Below, piece after piece: positions 54,812 to 63,983 of a DNA stretch of 64,000 bases; the stretch's first letter is position 1, and every line of letters starts with the position of its first letter. This DNA is from an uncultured Gammaproteobacteria bacterium. GTDB lineage: Bacteria > Pseudomonadota > Gammaproteobacteria > Steroidobacterales > Rariloculaceae. The notes beneath the pieces are model-generated. The model saw only the letters and a program-made list of their open reading frames with translations. It ran no database searches and had not been told where the DNA came from. Location: assembly GCA_964503125.1 (NCBI GenBank), contig CAZCZE010000064.1, positions 64,052 through 128,051 on the forward strand, in the 5' to 3' direction. Made by a program: the position numbers and the translations under genes.

Positions 54812-55500
54812 TGGCAGCAGGATGCGAGGGTCAAGCTGACGAAGACCGCCGTCGATCAGCTCGCGCCAACGTCCCCTCGTCAACGCCTCATTCGCGACAG
54901 CGAGCTTAGAGGGTTCGCGCTCCGAATTACACCGGCCGGCGTTAAGGCGTTCGTCCTAGAGAAACGCATCCAAGGCCGCGTCCGTCGCGTGACGATCGGC
55001 CGATACGGCGAGCTCACGGTGGCGCAGGCACGCAACCGCGCCCAACAGCTGCTTGGCGAGATCGCCCTCGGCGAGGATCCGGTTACCAACCGAAAGCGCG
55101 CCCGAGCAACGGCATTACCCTCGAAGAAGCGTACGGGGACTTTCTTGAGGCTCGGCAGTTACGGCCCACCACGCGCGCCAATTACGACCGCGCTATCCAC
55201 GGAGGACTAGAGGACTGGAAGCGCCGGCCGTTGCATACGATTACCGGAAACATGGTGATTCAGCGCCATCAATCGCTCGCTAAAACCCGCGGCGAGCAAG
55301 GCGCGAACAACTACATGCGAGTCCTCAGGGCGATTTACGCCTTTGCGATCGATCGCTACGACGACGGCACCGGGCGACCGGTGATCTCGCATAACCTCGG
55401 GCGGGCTTCGGCCCGCCCGCTCTATCTGAAGCCGCGAACCGCCGCACCACGTGATGCGGCGGCGTATCCAACAGACCGGCTTTTCGAAGTTATGAGACAC
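54800..55500 (+). pseudogene. P4-type tyrosine integrase remnant (frameshifted, catalytic domain missing)
   Basis: The frame from 54800 reads ARVKLTKTAVDQL...LIRDSELRGFALRITPAGVKAFVLEKRIQGRVRRVTIGRYGELTVAQARNRAQQLLGEIALGEDP, a DUF4102/Arm-type N-terminus. At about 55105..55112 homology moves to another frame: GITLEEAYGDFLEARQLRPTTRANYDRAI...ITGNMVIQRHQSLAKTRGEQGANNYMRVLRAIYAFAI, a SAM-like core-binding domain. It then decays, and no R...HxxR...Y catalytic region follows. Confidence 0.75.
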
Positions 55501-55541
55501 TCTTGCGAGCCGCCCAGGTCAGCCGACACCGTTCGAGCGAA

Positions 55542-58500
55542 ATGATGCAAGAGACGACTTCCGGTGGCGGGCACGCAGTAAACGCGGGAATAGAGTATCA
55601 GAGCCGCGTCGCCGCGTGGTTCGCTGTTCACGTACTCGCCGAAGCAGCCGTCCAGGGACGCTTCGATCTGCCGCACCCAGCAGTCCTGACTGATCTCTGG
55701 GTCGAGCCCGACGCCGTTGTCGACGACGTCATCGCCAGAACGTCACAAGACGGATTTCTTTTCGTTCAAGTAAAGAAAAACCTGCAGCTCTCGTCGAAAC
55801 CGACGTCGCGGTTCGGACAAGCGCTTGATCAACTGCTTCGACAGTACGTGTCCTTGGCAGAACACGCGCCTGCGGGTCGCTCCTGGGAGCGTCCCTTGGA
55901 GCCTGCGCGAGATCGATTGTTGTTGGTTGTCTCCGGGGAAAGCTCGCGAGTAGTCCGAGAGGCGCTACCTAAACTGCTGACCAGAATTCGAAACCGGTCA
56001 GCCCGTACGCTCCCCAGCGAACTAGCGTCAAGAAGCGAAGAACAGAAGGCCTTGGGGATCTTGCGCGAACTCTTCGAACACGCGTGGGTGAAATACCGAT
56101 CCGGAGCGCCGAGCGATGAGCAGTTGCTAAAATTCTTAGAGCTATGCCACGTCGTCACGGTGAATGCCGAAGCTGGCGGCCCCGACGAGCAGCTGGCACT
56201 TCAGCTTCTGCAAACAACGGTTCTTAGCGAACCAGCCATGGCCGCCAACGCTTGGTCCACCCTCGTGGCCGCCTGCACTTCGATGGCAGCGACTGGCGAA
56301 CACATCACGCCACATGCACTTCGATCTCTGCTGGCGGCGCGGAAGATAACTCCAAAAACAGCGTTGAGTATCGAAGGCGATGTGGCTCGCCTTCGAACCT
56401 ACTCGGAAAGGCTGCTGGGCGATCTAGCTGAAGCATCTGAAATCAAACTCGGGCGCGACGTCATCAGCATTCGCAGAAAAGTACTTGATGGACTATCAGC
56501 GGCAGTTAGTGACGGGCCGCTGATCGTAATTGGCGAGCCCGGCTCTGGAAAGTCTGGCGTGCTGCACCAACTGGCGCTTGCCCATAGCGCAGGTGGGGCG
56601 GACGTCGTCTTTCTCGCGGTCGATAGGCTTATTGCACAAACCGAGGCTGAGCTTGCGCGCAGCCTCGGTATTTTGGCTCCTCTCGAAGACGTACTTCTTG
56701 GCTGGGCCGGTGCGACACCAGGGCTTCTTGTAGTCGATGCCCTTGATGCTGCGCGGTCCGACACTACTGCCGCGGTGCTACGCCGGCTGCTAGAGCGAAT
56801 TCTACGGAAGACATCTCGCTGGAGAATCGTCGCCTCGATGAGGAAATTTGATCTTCGTTACAGCCCAGAGATGAACTCTCTGTTTCGCGGCGAACCGCCT
56901 GGCGAGTTCGCAGACCCTCTCTTTTCAAATCTCCGGCACGTAAATGTAGGGCCACTGTCAGACGACGAGCTAGCGCCACTCCGAGAAAGCGTACCACAGC
57001 TATTCTCGTTTCTTAACGCGAGTTCGCCAGCGCTCCAGAAACTGCTACGCGTGCCGTTCAACCTAAGACTACTCGCCGAACTGTTGGGGCACTCAGTTCC
57101 CACCAGCGATCTGAGTTACGTTCGCGCTCAGGTTCAGCTCCTCGACCGTTACTGGGAGCACCGTGTAATCGCGACACCTTCGGGTTCGGATGAGCGCGAA
57201 GCGGTGCTGCAAGCCGTTACGCGGAAGATGGTCCACGAAAGATCGTTGCGTGTTAGCCGCGTTGAAATCTGGAACCAACCTTCGCAGATTCCCCTTGCAG
57301 CTCTTACCTCACTTCTGCAGCGCAATGTGCTCGCCGAGTGGCAGAGCTCTGACATAAATGCGCCGGACCGGTACTGGATTGTCTTCGCTCACCACGTCCT
57401 TTTTGACTATGCCGCTTCGCGGCTGATTCTTCGCCAGGGACGATCCATTCAGGATCTGATTGCCCTCCTTCAGGCGCAACGCGATCTTATCGTCGTTCTT
57501 CGCCCTAGTCTGACGATGCTTTTTCAGCACCTCTGGGACCGTGCGCAATCACGGGACCTTTTCTGGGAGTTCGCGCTCGCGTTTGCCGAAACAGACAGTA
57601 TTGCGGAGCTGGCGAAGCTGATAGCGCCGCATGTCGCATCCCAGGAAGGGGCCGACCTCGCCGATTTCCGCGGCCTGCTCGACCGGTTTGATAGCGACCG
57701 AATTGAAGACACACGAGCCGCCACAGAAGTCGTGCGTCACCTTTTTGGCGCGGTCATCGCCTGGCAGAAGCCTGGCGACGCTCCTCACAAGTTAGAGCTC
57801 TGGGCAGACGTACTTCAAGCAGTTAGCGCGTATTTCAGTTGCGCGGACCTCCTCTATTCATCGCGTCCCTTGATGTACTGGCTAACGGAAAACGCAGCGT
57901 CCCTATCGACGGGCGCTTGCTTGGCGATCAACGTCGCCGCCCGCCGAATGCTCGAAGCGACCTGGAAGCTCCCCAGATACGACGAAAGCCTAGTCATCGC
58001 CGGCCTTTCCGCCACGTGCAAGACCATGGCTGCTGACCCGAGCTCATCGATTGTCTTGCTAAAGAACCTTATTGAGCCAGAACGTTTGCGCGAGTTTGGT
58101 TACGCGGAACTGCCTTGGTTGGCGGACCAAATCCCAGCCATTGCCAAGGCAGACGCTACTTTCGCAGCGCGAATATATGAAGCGGCCTTCTCGTATGAGG
58201 ACACATCTGACGAGAAGACGGCACTCGGTCGTAGCCAAATTCTTCCGCTCACTTCGAATCGGCGGCAAGACTATGCAGGCGCGTGGTATCGCCTGGAAAC
58301 CGCGTTTCCACGTTTCCTCGAGATCGATTTTAGGACTGCTGTTTCCGCAGCAATCATGGCGGTCTCAGAGCATGTGCGCCGAAATCATCCAGCAGAATCG
58401 GCGACGCATGAGGTTCACTATCGCGGCCGTCGCGGGGTTTTGATCGAGGACTATAGCTACGTATGGAACAGCGAATCGACGCGCCACCACGAAGCGGCAA

Positions 58501-60533
58501 TCAAACTTCTATCCCACATAGACGACTTCTTGACGAAGCACCAAGACGACGAAGGGTCGAGCAATCACTTTCACGACGTCGTCGACCTATTCGTTGAAAG
58601 AGCTCAAACGGCAGCGCTTTGGGCGTGGCTGCTCAAAGCCGCCGCGACTCATCCGCTCACTCTCGGTGTGTACGCAGCGCCGCTTTTGATCAATCGACCG
58701 ATGCTGGAGGCAAATGACACGACCGTCCGGGCCGGCGAACTGCTGGGCGCTGTGTTCAAACACTTACAAGTACAAACTCGTGAGCAAATAGAGACTGCAA
58801 TCCTTAGCATTTCCGACGCGGGCGCATCTGAGGACAGTGATCGCTCTAGGCGCACACGCGATCGGCTTTTGGGCTGCCTGCCAAGAGACAACCTGTCGCT
58901 TGAGAGAACAAAGGAGATTCTTGGAGCGCTTGACCGTGCGCAAGCTGTTCCGGGGAATGCCCCTCTATTTGCGATTCACACGTATTCCAAGACCTATTCC
59001 GACGAAGATTTCCTGCGCGACCAAGGCGTCGATGTAGAACAGCCTACTCACAAAGAGTTGCTCGAAGCGGAGCGCAGGGTAAAGCAATTCCGGGACGAGT
59101 TCTCAAACGGCGAAGTCACCGAGAGCGATTTGGCCCGCCACTTTCTGACTCTCCGCGGTCTTCGCGAAACCATCGACAGATCAGCGGCAGCCCGGCCTGA
59201 AGCGATCGCACACGCTGTTGGCGTGTTAGCAGAGGCTTGCGAGACAGCTGCGATTCGTGGTCAAACGCTAAGGGCCTCTGAAGCGAGCTTGTTCGTTCGT
59301 ACGAACCTGCTTGAAGCGTCAACTCACGATACACCAGAGTACGACGCGGATTCGGACGAAAGGTTTAATGAATCCCAAAGCTGGGGTTCGCCTTCTCCGC
59401 GCGTTCACGCCGCCGCCGGCCTGACATCGCTCGCACGATTCCCCGAGCTCACCGACGCGCGCCTTCTGGACGCCGTCGATCAATTGTCGCGCGACCCCGT
59501 TGCAGTGGTCCGCCACCAGGTAGCGATTCGCCTAACCTGTCTTTATGCAACGGCCAATGAATTGATGTGGCGACTCTTGGAATACGTGGCCGAGACTGAA
59601 GCAAACCGGGGAGTGATCGACGCCGCGGTCTGCCATCCAATACCCGCGTTATGCGGACGCCATGCGGATCGAGCAATAGCCATGCTAAACCGGGTGCTCG
59701 CCCGTGTGCAGACAGGGCCGGGCGCCGATGACGTAAGGGAACACGCGTTCTCGATACTGCTCGACGTATACGTGTGGTTTGGCCGCGAAGAATGCGGAAA
59801 GCTGGTCTTCGGCCTCTTATCCGAGGTCCAGAACAATGGAGAAACCATTTCCTCCCTGGTGGCAAGGCATCGGGAGACTCTGGTCCATGGCAGCGTGACC
59901 GCGCCAGGCGACGCCGTAGAACACGCGCAGAGGAAACGAGCTATCGGCTTCATTACGGCAGCACTTCAGGCAAGCGTAAGAGAGATAGAGCGCGTAATCG
60001 CTCTCCGCGAAGAACGCACACGCCAAGGACAGCCCATTCATTCGGACGACCGAGAGTCGGCTGGATTTCGCCTCGCTAATACGATCGCGCAAGAGATCTA
60101 TTTCGCGTCGGGTGCATACCGAGAGCGAAACAAGCAAACAAAGGACGCTTCAGACGGACCAACCGCTGCGCAGGCGCGCTTCTATAAAGAAGCGCAGCCT
60201 CTATTCGAGCAGCTAGTCGCGCTGAAACTGGTTCCGATAGCTCAACACGTTATCGAGACGTTGGAATTCTTTGTTCCACTGCATCCCCAGGCAGTCTTTC
60301 GCCTCATTCACAGCGCCGTCACTTCTGCACAAGCCGGCGGCTATCAATTTGAATCTCTAGGAACGCAACTCGTCGTTCGCGTCGTCGAGAGATACCTGGC
60401 GGAATACCGCGATTTATTTGCTGACGACGCAAACATGCGTTCCGCACTTGTGGACATTCTGAACGTCTTCGTCCGCGCCGGTTGGCCGGAGGCACGGCAG
60501 CTTACATACAGGTTGTCTGAAATCTATTCATGA
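55542..60533 (+). CDS. giant nuclease-like / P-loop STAND-type NTPase / helical-repeat protein (Avs/NLR-like candidate)
   Basis: ATG ATG at 55542; the ORF track starts at TTG 55503. N-terminal motif: GIEYQSRVAAWFAVHVL...VEPDAVVDDVIARTSQDGFLFVQVKK. Walker A VIGEPGSGKSGV at 56532..56555 and Walker B GLLVVDALDAAR at 56724..56747. More than 1000 aa of helical HEAT/ARM-like sequence follows. The coding call is firm; function is inferred. Confidence 0.85.
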   Translation: MMQETTSGGGHAVNAGIEYQSRVAAWFAVHVLAEAAVQGRFDLPHPAVLTDLWVEPDAVVDDVIARTSQDGFLFVQVKKNLQLSSKPTSRFGQALDQLLRQYVSLAEHAPAGRSWERPLEPARDRLLLVVSGESSRVVREALPKLLTRIRNRSARTLPSELASRSEEQKALGILRELFEHAWVKYRSGAPSDEQLLKFLELCHVVTVNAEAGGPDEQLALQLLQTTVLSEPAMAANAWSTLVAACTSMAATGEHITPHALRSLLAARKITPKTALSIEGDVARLRTYSERLLGDLAEASEIKLGRDVISIRRKVLDGLSAAVSDGPLIVIGEPGSGKSGVLHQLALAHSAGGADVVFLAVDRLIAQTEAELARSLGILAPLEDVLLGWAGATPGLLVVDALDAARSDTTAAVLRRLLERILRKTSRWRIVASMRKFDLRYSPEMNSLFRGEPPGEFADPLFSNLRHVNVGPLSDDELAPLRESVPQLFSFLNASSPALQKLLRVPFNLRLLAELLGHSVPTSDLSYVRAQVQLLDRYWEHRVIATPSGSDEREAVLQAVTRKMVHERSLRVSRVEIWNQPSQIPLAALTSLLQRNVLAEWQSSDINAPDRYWIVFAHHVLFDYAASRLILRQGRSIQDLIALLQAQRDLIVVLRPSLTMLFQHLWDRAQSRDLFWEFALAFAETDSIAELAKLIAPHVASQEGADLADFRGLLDRFDSDRIEDTRAATEVVRHLFGAVIAWQKPGDAPHKLELWADVLQAVSAYFSCADLLYSSRPLMYWLTENAASLSTGACLAINVAARRMLEATWKLPRYDESLVIAGLSATCKTMAADPSSSIVLLKNLIEPERLREFGYAELPWLADQIPAIAKADATFAARIYEAAFSYEDTSDEKTALGRSQILPLTSNRRQDYAGAWYRLETAFPRFLEIDFRTAVSAAIMAVSEHVRRNHPAESATHEVHYRGRRGVLIEDYSYVWNSESTRHHEAAIKLLSHIDDFLTKHQDDEGSSNHFHDVVDLFVERAQTAALWAWLLKAAATHPLTLGVYAAPLLINRPMLEANDTTVRAGELLGAVFKHLQVQTREQIETAILSISDAGASEDSDRSRRTRDRLLGCLPRDNLSLERTKEILGALDRAQAVPGNAPLFAIHTYSKTYSDEDFLRDQGVDVEQPTHKELLEAERRVKQFRDEFSNGEVTESDLARHFLTLRGLRETIDRSAAARPEAIAHAVGVLAEACETAAIRGQTLRASEASLFVRTNLLEASTHDTPEYDADSDERFNESQSWGSPSPRVHAAAGLTSLARFPELTDARLLDAVDQLSRDPVAVVRHQVAIRLTCLYATANELMWRLLEYVAETEANRGVIDAAVCHPIPALCGRHADRAIAMLNRVLARVQTGPGADDVREHAFSILLDVYVWFGREECGKLVFGLLSEVQNNGETISSLVARHRETLVHGSVTAPGDAVEHAQRKRAIGFITAALQASVREIERVIALREERTRQGQPIHSDDRESAGFRLANTIAQEIYFASGAYRERNKQTKDASDGPTAAQARFYKEAQPLFEQLVALKLVPIAQHVIETLEFFVPLHPQAVFRLIHSAVTSAQAGGYQFESLGTQLVVRVVERYLAEYRDLFADDANMRSALVDILNVFVRAGWPEARQLTYRLSEIYS

Positions 60534-62014
60534 CTTCTGACAATGCTGACGACTTTCTAACCAGATTGCTTGCCACGCGCTCTGATTACCGAGCGCACGC
60601 TAGCCGTTTGATAGGCCATTTTCGCCAGGTTCTCGAAGGGCGCGGGCTTCCTGCAGAAGTAGCGGGCCAGATGTCAGCAAAACTGCTGGAGGATCATGCA
60701 CGACAATACATGGTCGATGCCCTGCTGGATGCTCTGAACTGGTCCATCGGCTTCACGTCCCTCACACCAAATACTCTTCCAGAGGTTCCGATCCTCTCGC
60801 AGGAACGCAGTCGAACGCGCTACTTGGATTACTTAGGTTTTGATCGTATCCACCTCAAACCGAGTCTGGTTGTGGAGACCAAACGACCTGACCTCGCCCT
60901 GCCATCGAAACGCTTCGATGATCCTCAAGCTCAGCAATCGCCGGGTGCGTTGATTTCCGCTGGCTTATCAGGAGTGGATGTAGGTAGCGAGTGGAATGAA
61001 TGGCTAGCGACGGTTCGCGATTACGTCCGTTCAGTGAAAGCGGCTTCTGGATCTTGTCCGCAGAGAGCCTTGGTCACAAACGGTGAATGGCTGGTTGTTT
61101 TCGCCGATCCAGAGGACGCATTCTCGTCACCCAACGCAGCGAACATCGACCGAATACACGTCTTTCGGACTTTGGACGAAGTGGCAGCGCGTTATTCGGA
61201 CGTCTACGCCCTCCTTGAGTACCGATGCGTCACTGGAGAGATCGGCGGAGTTGCCCCGGGTGCTATCAGTGCGCTCGTCGACCGAGAGAGAATCAGTGGA
61301 ATCCTGCATGGCGCTCTCCTCAATTACAACGAAGTCGGCATGGGCCATGGTAGAACGCCCGCGATCTACATTACCCCGGCACTATTCCTTCGGCTCGATG
61401 GCGGCAAGTACCTCCGTGTCGAATCGCAGAGAAGCTTCCCGGTCCCTCACGAATACGCAGGAATCGGCGCTCACCTTAGTGAGGTTTCGGCAGCGGCAGC
61501 AAAACTTAAAGCGGACGTGGAACTTCACGTTGGTCGAGCGCTGGAGGTTATCCCAGCAACAAGCCACGACGGGGCAGCCCTAGACGCAAGCTTGCCTTTC
61601 GTTTCAGTACTCGATCAGCGAAACCCGGGCATGACACTTATGCAGATTGTGACCGGCGATAGACATCACTACTTCAGCGCTGAACCAACCGTGAATAACT
61701 GTGCGCATCACACCTGGCAAAATAGCCATGCGGCTGGATGCGGCGAACCCATCGTCCTTGTTCGAGCGGTCTCTCCAAAGTCGTTTTTTACCAATGACGA
61801 AGTACACCACTGTTGTCACCGTGATGTGCGCGCCCTGAAGGCTGCCCACAATAATGCGCACGCGGCCAATGCACCCGTCTCCCCAGACAATCGAGCGTTC
61901 TGCAAAATTTGGCGGTTTGAGCAGCGGCTGTGCTGTCGCACTTGTTCGTTCGAACTGGTGTGTGGGGCTGTAGAGACGTTCACGCTGCCATGCTCGACAG
62001 CGGCGACCAGCTGA
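60530..62014 (+). CDS. HsdR-N-like PD-(D/E)xK nuclease-fold protein with a Cys/His-rich C-terminal domain
   Basis: ATGA overlap with the upstream stop. RYLDYLGFD...SLVVETKRPD...RALVTNGEWLVVF is the type I restriction HsdR N-terminal-like core. The last ~105 aa contain 10 Cys plus many His (CAHHTW, HAAGC, HHCCH, FCK, CCRTCSFELVC). Confidence 0.8.
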   Translation: MTSDNADDFLTRLLATRSDYRAHASRLIGHFRQVLEGRGLPAEVAGQMSAKLLEDHARQYMVDALLDALNWSIGFTSLTPNTLPEVPILSQERSRTRYLDYLGFDRIHLKPSLVVETKRPDLALPSKRFDDPQAQQSPGALISAGLSGVDVGSEWNEWLATVRDYVRSVKAASGSCPQRALVTNGEWLVVFADPEDAFSSPNAANIDRIHVFRTLDEVAARYSDVYALLEYRCVTGEIGGVAPGAISALVDRERISGILHGALLNYNEVGMGHGRTPAIYITPALFLRLDGGKYLRVESQRSFPVPHEYAGIGAHLSEVSAAAAKLKADVELHVGRALEVIPATSHDGAALDASLPFVSVLDQRNPGMTLMQIVTGDRHHYFSAEPTVNNCAHHTWQNSHAAGCGEPIVLVRAVSPKSFFTNDEVHHCCHRDVRALKAAHNNAHAANAPVSPDNRAFCKIWRFEQRLCCRTCSFELVCGAVETFTLPCSTAATS

Positions 62015-62168
62015 GCGATGACTCATGCGTCCTGTAGAGCGTAAGCCATTCACTTGGGGTGAGAATGGTGGCTCCAGATAGTTGCCTAAGGGCTGGGGCC
62101 TTTTTCGAGCGCAACCCCTACACTGCGATAATCTCTGACTTCCCAGCGAATCTAAGGATGCGACTGCG

Positions 62169-62900
62169 TTGGAAGGGCTCGCCCTAGTACTCCTACTCTT
62201 CGTTCTATTTCTTTTCCTTATTGGGGCTTACCTCCGGTCACCTACAGTCATAGGTGCGCGAGGCGAACGTCGAGTCAATTCAATTCTTGATCGCCAGCTG
62301 CCATCGGAAGAATACAAGGTCTTTCACGACGTCACGCTTCACACGTCTCAGGGACCGACCCAGATCGATCACATCGTCGTATCCAAGTACGGCGTATTTG
62401 TGATCGAGACCAAAAACTATACGGGGTGGATTTTCGGTGATGCCAACTCTAAGCAATGGATGCAAACTATCTATGGCTATAGGAGCCGTTTTCAGAATCC
62501 GCTGCGCCAGAATTTCAAGCATACGAAGGCAGTAGAGTCGTTACAGTCAATCAGCCCACGATACGTCCATTCTGTCGTCACCTTTGTTGGCGACGCCGAG
62601 TTCAAGACCGATCTACCGGATAACGTCACTCGCCTGTCGGATCTGTGCCCTTATATCCTTTCATATCGAGATCCACTGTTAAGCACAGACCGCGTCGGGG
62701 CGATTGCGATGATGCTGAGAGATCACAAAGAGGGCCGAGAGTTTCGGCGGCCCCCTACACTGACTGTTCTTCCGGATGAACCTCTTTGCCCGAAGTGCGG
62801 CGAGCGTATGGTCTTGCGGAAGGCGCGAAAAGGAAAAAGCATTGGAAGCGAGTTCTGGGGCTGCCCTCGATTCCCTCGATGCAGGGGTGTCCGCTTTTAG
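62169..62900 (+). CDS. NERD domain protein with a C-terminal topoisomerase-type C4 zinc finger
   Basis: 243 aa from a TTG start, with an N-terminal TM helix. RGERRVNSILDRQL...YKVFHDVTL...QIDHIVVSKYGVFVIETKNYTGWIFG...QNPLRQNFKH is the NERD domain. CPKCGERMVLRKARKGKSIGSEFWGCPRFPRCRG is a zf-C4_Topoisom-like ribbon. Confidence 0.9.
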   Translation: MEGLALVLLLFVLFLFLIGAYLRSPTVIGARGERRVNSILDRQLPSEEYKVFHDVTLHTSQGPTQIDHIVVSKYGVFVIETKNYTGWIFGDANSKQWMQTIYGYRSRFQNPLRQNFKHTKAVESLQSISPRYVHSVVTFVGDAEFKTDLPDNVTRLSDLCPYILSYRDPLLSTDRVGAIAMMLRDHKEGREFRRPPTLTVLPDEPLCPKCGERMVLRKARKGKSIGSEFWGCPRFPRCRGVRF

Positions 62901-62977
62901 CGCTCTGACTCACACCATCGAGCCTCCGGGAAAGCTGGGGCGGTTCAGACATGCTCATTGACCATTTCAAACTGAAC

Positions 62978-63922
62978 TTAGGGTGCTTCCCTTCGGACCT
63001 GGCGGCCATCAAGATTAAGCACGCGACAAATATGCGTAATTGCAGCCCGCGTGAAGCTGTCAGCGTCGTTCAAAGACGTGCCATCGCCAAGATTCACGCG
63101 CTCACCGCTCCGTTCGAACGCACACAGAAATAAACTGTGGGTGAGGCCTCTTTCCAGAGTCACGAACATGCGCGGTTTCATCTCGCGGCGGTCAAGCACG
63201 GTCATCACGTAAAGATAGGCGATCGGCGTAGTATGTCCGCCGGTGAGTCGTTCCCCGAGCGGCCGTGCGTCTTTGACCAATAGAAAAATGTAGTCAGCAA
63301 CCGAGTGGATAGCTATAGGGGGCCGTTGCGTCACGTCCGGCATGGATGGCGACAAAGTGAAGGAGTCTCCCGGCCGCGGACTACTCTTCGGCGGACTTGT
63401 CCTGTCGCGCTCACTGGAAAAATGTTCTCTGTGAGCGTTGGAATTCAGCATCCGGTCATAGAGATTCGGAATCTCATCGACCTTTCGGAACGGCCGCTCC
63501 AATGCGCGACGCCAGGGGGGCTTGTTGTTCGCGTCGGAGATGCGGTACTTAAAGACGTCGAGAAAATGCGTCTGGCAATAGTCGAAAAGTCCGGGATCCT
63601 CCCGGCGGACATCGCGGACACTGCGCACAAGCTCGGCCGCTGACTCAAATTCCGCGATAACGCGTCCCATCCCCTCCATGAATCCTTGGTAGAGGCTCAT
63701 GACATCGCGTCCCGTGAGCTTCAAAGCGTCTGCTGGATTGCTGAGATTGGCACCGACAAGGTGGAAGCGATAGTAGACGTTCGCAAGCGTGTTGCGGACT
63801 GCTGGGGCGAGATCGTCGAGAGGGCCTAGATCGCGCGCCAACGCATTAAAGGCTTTCTGCAGGGCGACAACATCCACGCTCATGCGGCAACTAGTTTGCA
63901 GTGCCCGCGAACAGTGCAACAA
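62978..63922 (-). CDS. hypothetical protein (island cargo, no recognisable family)
   Basis: 314-aa ORF from TTG 63922, with an alternative ATG at 63883 (MSVDVVALQ...). Composition matches the island. No motifs recognised. Confidence 0.65.
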   Translation of the reverse strand: MLHCSRALQTSCRMSVDVVALQKAFNALARDLGPLDDLAPAVRNTLANVYYRFHLVGANLSNPADALKLTGRDVMSLYQGFMEGMGRVIAEFESAAELVRSVRDVRREDPGLFDYCQTHFLDVFKYRISDANNKPPWRRALERPFRKVDEIPNLYDRMLNSNAHREHFSSERDRTSPPKSSPRPGDSFTLSPSMPDVTQRPPIAIHSVADYIFLLVKDARPLGERLTGGHTTPIAYLYVMTVLDRREMKPRMFVTLERGLTHSLFLCAFERSGERVNLGDGTSLNDADSFTRAAITHICRVLNLDGRQVRREAP

Positions 63923-63964
63923 GGGCAGGAGGGCCGCTGACGACGCGAGGCGACGTTCCTCCAG

Positions 63965-63983
63965 TGTCTACATGGTGTCTACA
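63965..63983 (+). repeat. right copy of the 19-nt imperfect direct repeat (TGTCTACATGGTGTCTACA)
   Basis: 18/19 identical to 54793..54811. It also spans an ATG (63972) that opens a frame running off the window (MVSTRGGRS...). Confidence 0.5.
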
